Assembly: GCA_946549475.1 (NCBI GenBank)
Contig: CAMNQO010000001.1
Span: 1 to 47,188 of the forward strand
Direction: 5' to 3'
Source: an uncultured Bacteroidales bacterium
GTDB lineage: Bacteria > Bacteroidota > Bacteroidia > Bacteroidales > UBA932
DNA length: 47,188 bases
Of this stretch, positions 1 to 9,666 are shown one piece after another; the first letter of the stretch is position 1; each line of letters opens with the position of its first letter. The position numbers and the translations under genes were made by a program. The notes under the pieces were generated by a model. That model searched no databases and was not told where the DNA came from. It saw only the letters and a program-made list of their open reading frames with translations.

Positions 1-478
1 CATTGTTGCGGATGGCGATGTTGCCGCCCGCGATATTGGCTATCATCTTGGTGATGAAAGTAGGGGCCACCATCTGGGCTCCGACCGTGTACATCTTGAC
101 CGATTCGGTATATTGCTGGAAAAATCCACCGACGCCGCTGCCCATATAGACACCCAGGCGGAAGGGGTCGATGTTGCCGCCGCTCTCCCCTTCACGGGCG
201 GCTTTCAGGCCGCTCATGCGCAGCGCCTGCTCGGCAGCCAGGGTGGCAAGGATGGTGAAACGGTCCTGCTTGCGGACGAAAGGGAGGTCCAGGCCGAGGG
301 CGACAGGGTCGAAATCTTTCAACTCGGCCGCCACTTTGGACGGCAGGTCATCCGTCGGAAAACTCTTGATGACATCAATCCCGCAGACACCCGCCTGCAG
401 GTTTTTCCAAAATGTCTTCACATCATTTCCGATCGGTGTGACCGCGCCAAGGCCGGTAACGACGACTCTATTTTCCAT
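1..478 (-). CDS. fabF: Beta-ketoacyl-ACP synthase II, 5' part (runs off the window start)
   Basis: Not in the ORF track. Manual translation from ATG at 478: MENRVVVTGLGAVTPIGNDVKTFWKNLQAGVCGI...GVYMGSGVGG...FITKMIANIAGGNIAI, a typical FabF N-terminal domain. Confidence 0.92.
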   Translation of the reverse strand, partial: MENRVVVTGLGAVTPIGNDVKTFWKNLQAGVCGIDVIKSFPTDDLPSKVAAELKDFDPVALGLDLPFVRKQDRFTILATLAAEQALRMSGLKAAREGESGGNIDPFRLGVYMGSGVGGFFQQYTESVKMYTVGAQMVAPTFITKMIANIAGGNIAIRNN

Positions 479-509
479 AATATAGCGTTTAAGTGTTTCA
501 AAATCCGTC

Positions 510-974
510 TCAGCGCTTGCGCTGCTCCTTCCGTCGCTCATTGCGCCGGCGCCGGGCTCCCTGACGCAGCCGGTAACTCGACCGCACCATCGCCTCGTCC
601 AAAAAGATATTGCGGACGGCCAGCGCATCCAGTATCGCGCACACCAGGGGGAAGACGGCCGGAAGGAGGAAGACCATCTGCTGCGGGCGGTTGAAGAAGA
701 AATCATAGGCCACCACCCCTTGCAGGCCCAGGTACAACAAGGCGGACACCACGGCCAGGCGCAACTGCAAGATGCGCAGCCGGTAGGTGGAAAAAGCCGC
801 CAGATTGGCCGCAAGACAAGCGATGACCAGATACAAATAAAGAGACTTGTCACAAAAGCCGACCAACTCCACTTCACCCTCCGGCCCCAGGATGCGTGCG
901 ACATTGACCCAAAAGAGGGACAAAGTCAGGACGGCGGCCAGGCCCAGGTACAAAGTCTGTATTCTCTGCCACAT
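510..974 (-). CDS. DUF4293-family membrane protein
   Basis: Begins MWQRIQTLYL and ends with LAVRNIFLDEAMVRSSYRLR, both family hallmarks; about 4 TM segments. Start moved to ATG 974, downstream of a TACTTTTG promoter box at 997-1004. Confidence 0.8.
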   Translation of the reverse strand: MWQRIQTLYLGLAAVLTLSLFWVNVARILGPEGEVELVGFCDKSLYLYLVIACLAANLAAFSTYRLRILQLRLAVVSALLYLGLQGVVAYDFFFNRPQQMVFLLPAVFPLVCAILDALAVRNIFLDEAMVRSSYRLRQGARRRRNERRKEQRKR

Positions 975-1104
975 AATTGATCCATGTTTAGAATTACAAA
1001 AGTAAGATTTTTTCTCCAATGAAGATGGATATTTCAGGAAATATTGCGAACTTTGGTCCCGGCATGCGCAGAACGCGCATGCCCCGTTACCAAACTGAAC
1101 CCTT

Positions 1105-1971
1105 ATGCGCATCGCAGAATCCGAACTCATCCTCAATCCCGACGGCAGCGTGTTTCACCTGCACCTGCGTCCCGAAGAACTGGCCCCGCAGGTCATCCTC
1201 GTAGGAGATCCCAGCCGCGTGGGCATGGTTTCTTCCCTGTTCGACTCCATCGAGTGTCACAAAGAAAACCGGGAGTTTTTCTCCACGACAGGTAGTTACA
1301 AAGGCAAACGCATCTCCGTCCTGTCCACCGGCATCGGTACGGACAATGTCGATATCGTGATGACCGAGTTGGATGCGCTGGTCAATATCGACTTCAACAC
1401 GCGGGAGGAAAAGGCCGGGAAGACCCGCCTGAACATCCTGCGTATCGGCACCTGCGGCGCCGTTCAGCCGGATATCCCGCTAGGCGCTTTCATTTTCTCT
1501 GAAATATCCATTGGTTGTGACGGTCTGCTGGGCTGGTACGAAGAACGCGACAAGGTGGCGCTGAAAGACTACGAAGAGGCTTTCATGGCCCACTGCGGCT
1601 GGAAAGACGGTCTCACCTGGCCTTATTTCGTCAAGGCGGGAGAAGAGATGACCGCCCGCTTCCGCGGCAGCGAAACATTTTTCGGAATGACGCTCTCCGC
1701 CCCGGGTTTCTACGGTCCCCAGGGACGCCAGGTCCGCCTGCATCCGGCCATCCCGTCCATGCTGGAAAAATTCGAGTCTTTCTCCTGCGAGGGACATCGC
1801 ATCACCAATATCGAGATGGAAAGTTCGGCCATTGCCGGCCTGGGAGCGCTGCTCGGGCACAATGCGGGCACCCTCTGCTGCGCCATCGCCAACCGGCATC
1901 ACAAGAATGCCAACCCCGACTACAAAGCCCGGGTCAGGGAAATGGCCGTTTTTGCGCTGGAGCGCCTGTAG
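1105..1971 (+). CDS. Nucleoside phosphorylase (uridine/PNP_UDP_1 family)
   Basis: Motifs VGDPSRV, REF, STGIGTDN, RIGTCGA, GFYGPQGR, NIEMES. Confidence 0.9.
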   Translation: MRIAESELILNPDGSVFHLHLRPEELAPQVILVGDPSRVGMVSSLFDSIECHKENREFFSTTGSYKGKRISVLSTGIGTDNVDIVMTELDALVNIDFNTREEKAGKTRLNILRIGTCGAVQPDIPLGAFIFSEISIGCDGLLGWYEERDKVALKDYEEAFMAHCGWKDGLTWPYFVKAGEEMTARFRGSETFFGMTLSAPGFYGPQGRQVRLHPAIPSMLEKFESFSCEGHRITNIEMESSAIAGLGALLGHNAGTLCCAIANRHHKNANPDYKARVREMAVFALERL

Positions 1972-1981
1972 GGCGCGGCCG

Positions 1982-3424
1982 CTACTCCGCCCCGCCGGAG
2001 GATCCGGCCACCAGTACCTGCACTTTTGCCACCTCCAGACGGACGGCCAGCCAGCGGCTGATGCGGTCGAGGTCTCCTTCGGCCAGCGGGGCGTTCAGGC
2101 CGACCAGCGCGACTATGGCATCCGCATCGGACAGGACCGGCCGGGAAACGGCCCCGGAAGCCTCTTGCCGCACCATGACGGTATCGACAGGAGTTATCTT
2201 ATAGGCGGCACCCCGCACGAGCGTCAGGTCCGTGACCATCGGATACTGGGCCGACAACTCACCCGCAATGCTTTCCACGGGCATGTCCTTGGAGCGGTAC
2301 GCATCCAGGCGTCCCCGCAGGCTGACAATCGTATCGCCCAAAGCACGCTGCTGTTTCTCGCTGGAGGCGGTGATGTTCTTGATGATTTCCGACTCGGACA
2401 TAAATTCGCGGCTCACGGAGGCATCGTCTTTCAGGATGATCTGCGAGCGCGTGATACCGTATCGCTCCGCACTGGCATACAGACGCTCCCGGTCGGCGGG
2501 CGTCAAGGCTTCGCCGGCGAAATACAATTCGATGGTAGCCGGCCGGGTCGTCATGTCCACCTTGTGGTCATAGATAAATCCTTTGCCCAGGGCTTTGTTC
2601 TCCCGGACCACTTTGCCCGCATTGATTTTGAAGTTGCTTTCTTTGACAATGTTGAATGCGGAGATCAGGCTCGGAACGACAATCACGATCAAGATGAGCG
2701 TCACCATGCCGGGCTTCATGCGGTATCTGCCGCCCAGCGAATCGGACACGACGGGATATTTGAGATATTTGACGCCCAGAAAGGTCGCCAGCGCGATAAA
2801 GATGCTGTTGATGACAAAAAGGTAGAAAGCACCGCTGACATAGGACCAGTTCCAGACGGCGATGCCGTAACCGACCGTACACAACGGCGGCATCAATGCC
2901 GTCGCGATGGCTACGCCCGAGAGGACCGTGCCCTTGTTTTTGCGGGAATTTTCCAGAATGCCGGCCAGTCCGCCGAAGAAAGCGATGAGGACATCGTAAA
3001 TGGTAGGATTGGTGCGGGCGAGCAACTCCGTCGGATTTTCCAGACTGAGGGGGCTCAGCAAAAAATAGAGCGTGGACGCCAGGATGCTGATTCCCACCAT
3101 GACGGCGAGATTCTTGAGCGAATCCACCACCAAATCCCGGTCAAGGGTTCCCAGACCGAATCCGAAACCCAGGATCGGCCCCATGACGGGAGAAATGAGC
3201 ATCGCGCCGATGATGACGGGAATCGAATTGACATTCAGGCCGACCGAAGCGATGACGATGGCAAAGGCGAGGATGAAGACATTGGCGCCCCGAAAGGGAA
3301 CATTGTTGCGGATGGCAGACGCGGTTTCCGCCTGTTCCAAATCATCTTTCATGCTGACCAGTTGCGTAAAAAAGCGGATGATTTTCCGCGGACTGATGAC
3401 GATATTTTTCATTTTCAAAAACAA
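1982..3424 (-). CDS. DUF389 / TIGR00341-family membrane protein
   Basis: IASVGLNVNS, IIGAMLISP.MGPI, ELLART.PTIYD, GVAIATALMPPL motifs. Start may be the ATG at 3412. Confidence 0.85.
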   Translation of the reverse strand: MFLKMKNIVISPRKIIRFFTQLVSMKDDLEQAETASAIRNNVPFRGANVFILAFAIVIASVGLNVNSIPVIIGAMLISPVMGPILGFGFGLGTLDRDLVVDSLKNLAVMVGISILASTLYFLLSPLSLENPTELLARTNPTIYDVLIAFFGGLAGILENSRKNKGTVLSGVAIATALMPPLCTVGYGIAVWNWSYVSGAFYLFVINSIFIALATFLGVKYLKYPVVSDSLGGRYRMKPGMVTLILIVIVVPSLISAFNIVKESNFKINAGKVVRENKALGKGFIYDHKVDMTTRPATIELYFAGEALTPADRERLYASAERYGITRSQIILKDDASVSREFMSESEIIKNITASSEKQQRALGDTIVSLRGRLDAYRSKDMPVESIAGELSAQYPMVTDLTLVRGAAYKITPVDTVMVRQEASGAVSRPVLSDADAIVALVGLNAPLAEGDLDRISRWLAVRLEVAKVQVLVAGSSGGAE

Positions 3425-3487
3425 TTCGACGTTAAACGCGCAAAAATAAATCTTTTTTCGCGTAAATTTGTACGATAATCCAAAAAG

Positions 3488-5077
3488 ATGAAGCGTTTGA
3501 GAAAAACCGCCGGCGGCATCCTGGCCCTGCTGACCCTGTGCGCCTCCTGCGGACAGAAGGAAAAATCCATCGTCATTTTACACGAAAATGACGCCCACTG
3601 CGCACTCGAGGGCTATGCTGTCTTCGCCGGCTTGCGGGATGCGGTGGCAGCGGCGGACACGGCCCATGTGTTCACGGTCTCTTCCGGCGATTTTTTGCAG
3701 GGCGGTGCGATGGGCACGCTCTCGATGGGCCGCTACCCCGTCGATGTCATCCGCAAAGTCCGGTATGATGTCATGGTGCCGGGCAACCACGAATTTGACT
3801 ACGGCATGCAACGCATGCAGGAACTCTGCGGGCCCGGCCGGCTCGGCTGTCCGATGGTCTGCGCCAATCTGATGCAACTGGACACGAGCGGAAAACTGCC
3901 TCCGCAACGCCTCTTTCCCGCCTGCCGGATCAGCCGGGCCGGCAACAAGCGCATCGCCTGGATCGGTGCGACCACTCCGCAGGCCATCTATTCGGAAGCC
4001 TACGCTTTTTATGGCGGAAACGGGCGTCAATTATATGACTTGAGCGAAGCCCGTCTGGCCCGGGTGCTGCAAAACAGCATTGATGAAGCGCGCGCCCAAG
4101 GAGCGGACTATGTCATCCTGCTCTCGCATCTGGGCGACCGCCCCTGCAAAGATACGGATGTGAACAGCCGCAGCATCGTGGCCGCCACGCACGGAATCGA
4201 TGTCGTGCTGGACGGACACAACCACGCGCTGATTCCCGAAGATTATATCCCTGACGCGAACGGGAATGCAGTCCTGCTGGTCCAGTGCGGCAGCAAATTC
4301 AGCCACATCGGCAAACTGGTCATCAGGCCCGACGGGAACATCTGCCACCAGACCCTGCCCACGGCGGACATCCCTTACCGCAGCCAGGCCGTCCAGGAAA
4401 GCCTGGACAGCATCTCGACCCTGACGGACGGCATCCTGAAAAAGGACATCGGCCACAGTGACTTTGACCTGCTCGCCGACGACGGATGCGGTCACCGGCT
4501 GGTCCGCAACCAGGAGACCAACCTCGGGGATCTGGTCAGCGACGCCCTCCGCCAGGCCGGTCAGGCGGAAATCGGCCTGATCAACGGCGGCAGCCTGCGG
4601 GAGAACATTCCGGCCGGCCCCCTCACCTACCGCAGCCTGTTCGATGCCCTTCCCTACCACAATGCCGTCTGTAAGATATGGGCCAGCGGCCGGCAAATCC
4701 GCCAAGTGCTGGAAAACAGTCTCCGGCTCTATCCGGAGGAGAACGGAGGCTTCATCCAGGTATCCGGACTGCGATACACCCTTTCCCGGACCCGGAAAGA
4801 CGAAGCGGGCTCCCGGATAAGCCGCATTGAAGTCCGGCAGGCCGACGGGAGTTACCATGAACTGGCGGATGAACGGCACTACAGCGTCGCCGTAAGCGAC
4901 TACATGCTGGGCGGAGGGGACGGTAACCCGGCGCTGAGCGGCTGCCGCATCCTGGAACGGCTCGCCCAGTCCGACACCGACATCGTGGCCCAATACATCC
5001 TGTACGACTGCGGCGGCGAGATTCCCGGCCGGTACGCCGCAGCCCAGGGGCGCATCCTGCCGGCCCGGCCGCAGTAG
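3488..5077 (+). CDS. Bifunctional metallophosphatase / 5'-nucleotidase lipoprotein
   Basis: Lipobox CASC; NDAH, GDF, GNHEFD, SH and DGHNH metal motifs; C-terminal ETNLGDLVSDA, NGGSLR and GGDG 5'-nucleotidase domain. Confidence 0.9.
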   Translation: MKRLRKTAGGILALLTLCASCGQKEKSIVILHENDAHCALEGYAVFAGLRDAVAAADTAHVFTVSSGDFLQGGAMGTLSMGRYPVDVIRKVRYDVMVPGNHEFDYGMQRMQELCGPGRLGCPMVCANLMQLDTSGKLPPQRLFPACRISRAGNKRIAWIGATTPQAIYSEAYAFYGGNGRQLYDLSEARLARVLQNSIDEARAQGADYVILLSHLGDRPCKDTDVNSRSIVAATHGIDVVLDGHNHALIPEDYIPDANGNAVLLVQCGSKFSHIGKLVIRPDGNICHQTLPTADIPYRSQAVQESLDSISTLTDGILKKDIGHSDFDLLADDGCGHRLVRNQETNLGDLVSDALRQAGQAEIGLINGGSLRENIPAGPLTYRSLFDALPYHNAVCKIWASGRQIRQVLENSLRLYPEENGGFIQVSGLRYTLSRTRKDEAGSRISRIEVRQADGSYHELADERHYSVAVSDYMLGGGDGNPALSGCRILERLAQSDTDIVAQYILYDCGGEIPGRYAAAQGRILPARPQ

Positions 5078-5091
5078 TTTCCAGTCCGGCG

Positions 5092-5709
5092 ATGGGCAAG
5101 CAACTCATTTCCCTGGCTTCCTGTATGGAAGAAGGACGCCTGGAGGCCGGTCTGGACGAAGCCGGACGCGGCCCGCTGGTCGGCGCGGTTTATGCCGCCG
5201 CCGTCATCCTCCCCCCGGACTTCCGTCACCCCCTGCTCAACGACTCCAAGCAGATGAGCCGCAAAGACCGCGACATACTGCGCGAAGTCATTGAAAAAGA
5301 AGCGGTCAGCTGGGCCGTGGAAGCTGTCAGCGCCGAAGAGATCGACCGCCTCAACATCCTCCATGCCTCCATCACCGGTATGCAACGGGCCGTCCGCCGC
5401 CTGAGCGTCCGACCCGATTTCCTCCTGGTGGACGGCAACCGCTTCTACCCGCTGGAAGAAAAGATACCCTATGCCTGCATCGTCAAGGGAGACGCCACCT
5501 ACGCCAGCATTGCCGCTGCCAGCGTCCTCGCCAAGACCTGGCGCGATGAATACATGATCCAGTTAGCCCGGGAATATCCGCAGTACGGCTGGGAGCGGAA
5601 CATGGGCTATCCGACCCCCGACCACATCGAAGCCATCCGGAAATTCGGGCTCACACCCTGGCACCGCAAAAGTTTCCATGTAAAACAACTTGAGCCGACG
5701 CTGTTCTAA
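5092..5709 (+). CDS. rnhB: Ribonuclease HII
   Basis: GLDEAGRGPL, LNDSK, LVDGN, KGDA...SIAAASVLAK, GYPT, HRKSF. Confidence 0.97.
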   Translation: MGKQLISLASCMEEGRLEAGLDEAGRGPLVGAVYAAAVILPPDFRHPLLNDSKQMSRKDRDILREVIEKEAVSWAVEAVSAEEIDRLNILHASITGMQRAVRRLSVRPDFLLVDGNRFYPLEEKIPYACIVKGDATYASIAAASVLAKTWRDEYMIQLAREYPQYGWERNMGYPTPDHIEAIRKFGLTPWHRKSFHVKQLEPTLF

Positions 5710-6197
5710 TCGGCCGTCTGCTCTTCTTTTTCTCCCAACTGATACTCCAGATGCATCGTCAGACGGACGATGTCTTTGCGCAGGCCTTCCAGTTCAAAGC
5801 CGCCGAAAGCCTGGGTGACGACAATCTCGTCTTCCAACATGCGGGTGAGACGGGACAGAAGGCCCCGGCGGCGGAAGACGGCACCGTCCTCCGTCTCGCG
5901 GACAAGGACATAGCCTTTTTCTTGCATCACGGCCACAAATTCATCCCGACGCTCGGCCCAACTGCCGCGAATCATGGCCGTCCGGGCCTGGAAACCGACA
6001 TAGGGGTAAATGAATGCGATGGCCGCGAGCATCGCGATGATTTTCCAGACGGACTTGATGCCGTCATCGAACAGGGCGTCCACATCCCATTCGACCATCC
6101 CGAGCAAGGAAAGGACATAGAGTACCACGACCAGAAAGAGACCGCAATAGATAAAATATTTGACGGAGCGGATGCCGTATCGTACAATCTTTTTCAT
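5706..6197 (-). CDS. Hypothetical membrane protein (2 N-terminal TM helices)
   Basis: 163-aa ORF with native codon style, co-directional with ettA and the C-GCAxxG gene; its stop overlaps the rnhB stop. Confidence 0.7.
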   Translation of the reverse strand: MKKIVRYGIRSVKYFIYCGLFLVVVLYVLSLLGMVEWDVDALFDDGIKSVWKIIAMLAAIAFIYPYVGFQARTAMIRGSWAERRDEFVAVMQEKGYVLVRETEDGAVFRRRGLLSRLTRMLEDEIVVTQAFGGFELEGLRKDIVRLTMHLEYQLGEKEEQTAD

Positions 6198-6234
6198 CTT
6201 TATCTGTTCATCAATCTTTGTTCGTTCATCACGC

Positions 6235-6723
6235 TCACTCCGCCATCAGTTCCGTGGCGAGGATTTCAGCCGCCCGGCCGATCTGCCGCTCGCAAGGACG
6301 CTTGGCATAGTATTCGGGCGTGCGCTCGGAGGGAGCCGGCGATTCGATTTTGGCATTTTTGCGCAATTCCAGCAAATCCCGGCACACGAGCGAGCCGAAA
6401 TCGTCCCGGAAAGCCCCGGCCAGTTTCTGCACCAGGGCATAATTGGCCTTCCGCTCCTCCATCACTTCGGGATGGACGGCCGGAAGCATGAAGCCGGCCA
6501 CGAAAGCCATCCCGCTCACGCAGCCACACAACTCCCGCAGGCGGGCCATCCCGCCGCCAAAGCCCGAAAGGGCCGTCTTTATCGTCTGTTCATCGACAGG
6601 CAGGACATCGGCAAATGCCAGCGCGACGCTTTGGGCGCAGTTGTAGCCCTTGCGGAAATTCTCCCGGGCCCTCCGTCCCCGCTCCTGCACATCAAAATCT
6701 GCGGGAAGTTCAAAATACCTCAT
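6235..6723 (-). CDS. C-GCAxxG-C-C family (putative redox-active) protein
   Basis: GYNCAQSV, FGGG, LCGCVSG, GSLVCRDLL, RPC. Confidence 0.9.
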   Translation of the reverse strand: MRYFELPADFDVQERGRRARENFRKGYNCAQSVALAFADVLPVDEQTIKTALSGFGGGMARLRELCGCVSGMAFVAGFMLPAVHPEVMEERKANYALVQKLAGAFRDDFGSLVCRDLLELRKNAKIESPAPSERTPEYYAKRPCERQIGRAAEILATELMAE

Positions 6724-6728
6724 GGGAC

Positions 6729-8405
6729 CTAAACGAGTTTCTTATATTTGAAACGCTTGGGCGTCGCATCGGCACCCAGCCGCATCTTCTTGTTCTGTTC
6801 ATATTCGGAATAACTGCCCTCGAAGAAATACACCTGCGAATCCCCTTCAAAAGCGAGGATATGGGTACAGATCCTGTCGAGAAACCAGCGGTCGTGAGAA
6901 ATGACCACCGCACAGCCCGCAAAGCGCTCCAGACCCTCCTCCAAAGCCCGGATGGTATTGACATCCACATCGTTGGTCGGCTCGTCCAGCAGGAGCACAT
7001 TGCCCTCGTCCTTCAAAGTCAGGGCCAGATGCAGCCGGTTGCGTTCGCCGCCGGAGAGAATACCGCAAAGTTTCTCCTGGTCGGCGCCGGAAAAATTGAA
7101 ACGCGAGACATAGGCCCGTGCATTGATTTCGCGGTTGCCCAGACGGACAAACTCGGAGTTGTCGGCAATCGTCTCATAGACCGTCTTGTCCGGATCGATG
7201 CTTTTATGCTGCTGGTCCACATAGGCCAGTTTGACGGTCGGACCGATGTCGATGGTACCGGCGTCGGGCTGTTCGATGCCCATGATCAGGCGGAAGAGCG
7301 TCGTCTTGCCCGCCCCGTTGGGGCCGATGACTCCCACGATGCCGGCAGGCGGCAAGACGAAGGAAAGATCCTCATACAGCAGTTTGTCCCCATAACTTTT
7401 GGACACTCCGCTGAAAGAGATGACCTTGTCGCCCAGACGCGGGCCGTTGGGAATATAGATTTCCAGATTCTGCTCTTTCTGCAGGGCATCCTCGCTGGCC
7501 AGTTTCTCGTACGCCCCCAGACGGGCCTTGCTCTTGGCCTGGCGGGCCTTGGGTGCCATCCTTACCCACTCCAACTCGCGCTCAAGGGTTTTGCGACGCT
7601 TGCTTTCCTGCTTTTCTTCCATCATCAGGCGCTTGGTCTTCTGATCGAGCCAGGAAGAGTAATTCCCCTTCCAGGGGATACCTTCACCGCGGTCCAGTTC
7701 CAGAATCCAGCCCGCCACATTGTCCAGGAAATAGCGGTCGTGCGTCACGGCGATGACCGTGCCTTTGTACTGCTGCAAATGGGCTTCCAGCCACTGCACG
7801 CTCTCGGTATCGAGGTGGTTGGTCGGCTCGTCGAGCAACAGCACGTCGGGCTGGCGCAGCAAGAGCCGGCACAGCGCCACGCGCCGCCGCTCGCCGCCGC
7901 TGAGGGTCGAAATCCTGGCGTCCGGCGGAGGACACTGCAAGGCATCCATCGCCCGCTCCAGTTTGGCGTCGATTTCCCAGCCGTCACAATGTTCAATCTT
8001 CTCGGTCAACTCACCCTGCCGCTCGATGAGCGCGTTCATTTCATCATCCGAAAGAGGCTCGCAGAACTTCTGGTTGACCTCCTCGTATTCCTTCAGGATA
8101 TCCATGACTTCCTGCACGCCTTCCTGTACGACTTCCAGGACGGTCTTGTCGGGATCCATCTGCGGCTCCTGTTCCAGATATCCCACACTGTAGCCCGGCG
8201 CCCAGACCACCTCGCCCTGATAAGACTTCTCTACGCCGGCGATGATTTTCATCAAGGTCGATTTGCCGGAGCCGTTCAAGCCGATGATGCCGATTTTCGC
8301 ACCATAAAAGAAAGACAGGTAAATATCCTTCAGGATAACCCTGTTGTTGTGGGGGAGGATTTTTCCCACCCCGTTCATCGAGAATATAATCTTTTCGTCT
8401 GCCAT
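6729..8405 (-). CDS. ettA: Energy-dependent translational throttle protein (ABC-F)
   Basis: LSFFYGAKIG, two Walker A/B sets, ELEWVR..PKARQAKSKARL linker, no TM segments, 558 aa. Confidence 0.96.
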   Translation of the reverse strand: MADEKIIFSMNGVGKILPHNNRVILKDIYLSFFYGAKIGIIGLNGSGKSTLMKIIAGVEKSYQGEVVWAPGYSVGYLEQEPQMDPDKTVLEVVQEGVQEVMDILKEYEEVNQKFCEPLSDDEMNALIERQGELTEKIEHCDGWEIDAKLERAMDALQCPPPDARISTLSGGERRRVALCRLLLRQPDVLLLDEPTNHLDTESVQWLEAHLQQYKGTVIAVTHDRYFLDNVAGWILELDRGEGIPWKGNYSSWLDQKTKRLMMEEKQESKRRKTLERELEWVRMAPKARQAKSKARLGAYEKLASEDALQKEQNLEIYIPNGPRLGDKVISFSGVSKSYGDKLLYEDLSFVLPPAGIVGVIGPNGAGKTTLFRLIMGIEQPDAGTIDIGPTVKLAYVDQQHKSIDPDKTVYETIADNSEFVRLGNREINARAYVSRFNFSGADQEKLCGILSGGERNRLHLALTLKDEGNVLLLDEPTNDVDVNTIRALEEGLERFAGCAVVISHDRWFLDRICTHILAFEGDSQVYFFEGSYSEYEQNKKMRLGADATPKRFKYKKLV

Positions 8406-8432
8406 GATACCATATTTTTACAAATATAACAA

Positions 8433-9506
8433 TTATTTGGCTTTTGAACGGACAAAATCACACCACTCCTTGGGATTTTCGCCGGTTTCCAAGTGGAAAG
8501 CGGTCACGAAAGTCGCCCGGGTCTTGAATCCCGACATCAAGCACAACTGCGTGATTTTGAGATTGTGGTTCTCGCGGAAGAGTTTCTGCGCATGCCGTAC
8601 CCGGTAACGGTTGACAAAGCGCGAGTAATTGACTTGGGCGTAATGCTTGATCGCCCGCCCCAGATAGACTTTGTTGGTAAACAGGGTCCGCGAAACGGCT
8701 CCGATGGTCAGATCCGGATCGAGATAGGGCTTTTCCGTTTCAAAATACCGGCACAGTCTTTGGTAAATGCCCTGTCCGCTGCTGTCCCGCTCCATCCCCA
8801 GCAGGATTTCCGTCCCGAAATTCTTGAGCAGGGCCTTGCGCAGAAGATCAAGCGGAACGGGACGGAAAAACTGCCCGGGCCGCAGGCAGCACAACCAGGC
8901 GACGAAAGCCACATACAGCACATCCATCAGCAGCAGGATCCGTCCGGTCACCGACCAGCCCAGATACCAGCCCAACAAGGACAAAGCATACAATGAGACG
9001 GCGACCAGTTTGAAACCCTGCGTCTCGGCCATCACCGACACCTGTGCCAGGCGGACATCCGAGATCCGGTGCCGGAGAAACCAGGCGGTGAAGCCATATT
9101 CGACGGCGGAGGCCAGCAGGATAAAAGCAAACGCAAGGCAGACCTGCACATCGGGACGCGGGCTCAAATGCGCCACCGGGAAAAGCGCCATCCCCATCAG
9201 ACACAGCACGGACACCGGAGGAGAATGGTGGACATAATCCGGCCGCAACACGAGCAGCATCATGGAAATCAGCAGCAATGCCGTCATGAAAGCCGGACGG
9301 GAATAACTCGCCAGGAATAAAAACAAAGACTGGAGGACGGCGGAGAACATCACCACCGATTTCAAAAGCGGAAATCCGAAACAAGAAACCAAAGAGCCAT
9401 CCGACTTGATGACCAGGCGCAGCAGAATGACAAGTATGAGGGCGGCAAACAACAAGCACAGCGAACGCTCCGTCATAAAAACAAACAATAATCCTTCCCT
9501 TTCCAT
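8433..9506 (-). CDS. Membrane-anchored AraC-family transcriptional regulator
   Basis: Multi-TM N-terminus; C-terminal EKPYLDPDLTI...TNKVYL...FVNRYRV...SGF.TRATF..AF...TG..P HTH domain. Confidence 0.85.
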   Translation of the reverse strand: MEREGLLFVFMTERSLCLLFAALILVILLRLVIKSDGSLVSCFGFPLLKSVVMFSAVLQSLFLFLASYSRPAFMTALLLISMMLLVLRPDYVHHSPPVSVLCLMGMALFPVAHLSPRPDVQVCLAFAFILLASAVEYGFTAWFLRHRISDVRLAQVSVMAETQGFKLVAVSLYALSLLGWYLGWSVTGRILLLMDVLYVAFVAWLCCLRPGQFFRPVPLDLLRKALLKNFGTEILLGMERDSSGQGIYQRLCRYFETEKPYLDPDLTIGAVSRTLFTNKVYLGRAIKHYAQVNYSRFVNRYRVRHAQKLFRENHNLKITQLCLMSGFKTRATFVTAFHLETGENPKEWCDFVRSKAK

Positions 9507-9529
9507 AGGCCGTTTTTATACAAAATTAG

Positions 9530-9567
9530 AAAGGAAAAGGGTCGCTTGAAAGATTTTGGCGACCCCT
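9530..9567 (-). terminator. Possible intrinsic terminator after leuS
   Basis: Minus strand reads GGGTCGC-13 nt loop-GCGACCC followed by TTTTCCTT, about 100 nt past the leuS stop. Confidence 0.45.
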
Positions 9568-9666
9568 TTGGAAAAGAATTTGTTTTTCTTGACCTTTTTT
9601 CTTTTTTTTTACATTTTTTCCGATTTTGTTGTGAATTTGCAACTTTTCGGAGCCGGAAAAGAACGG

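Noticed and set aside
975-1136. Extended N-termini given by the ORF track (also for the SPOR gene, the 27230 lipoprotein start, lptC, the 35983 OMP start and ruvA)
   Set aside because: They run through promoter boxes or neighbouring genes; downstream starts give proper signal peptides or family N-termini.
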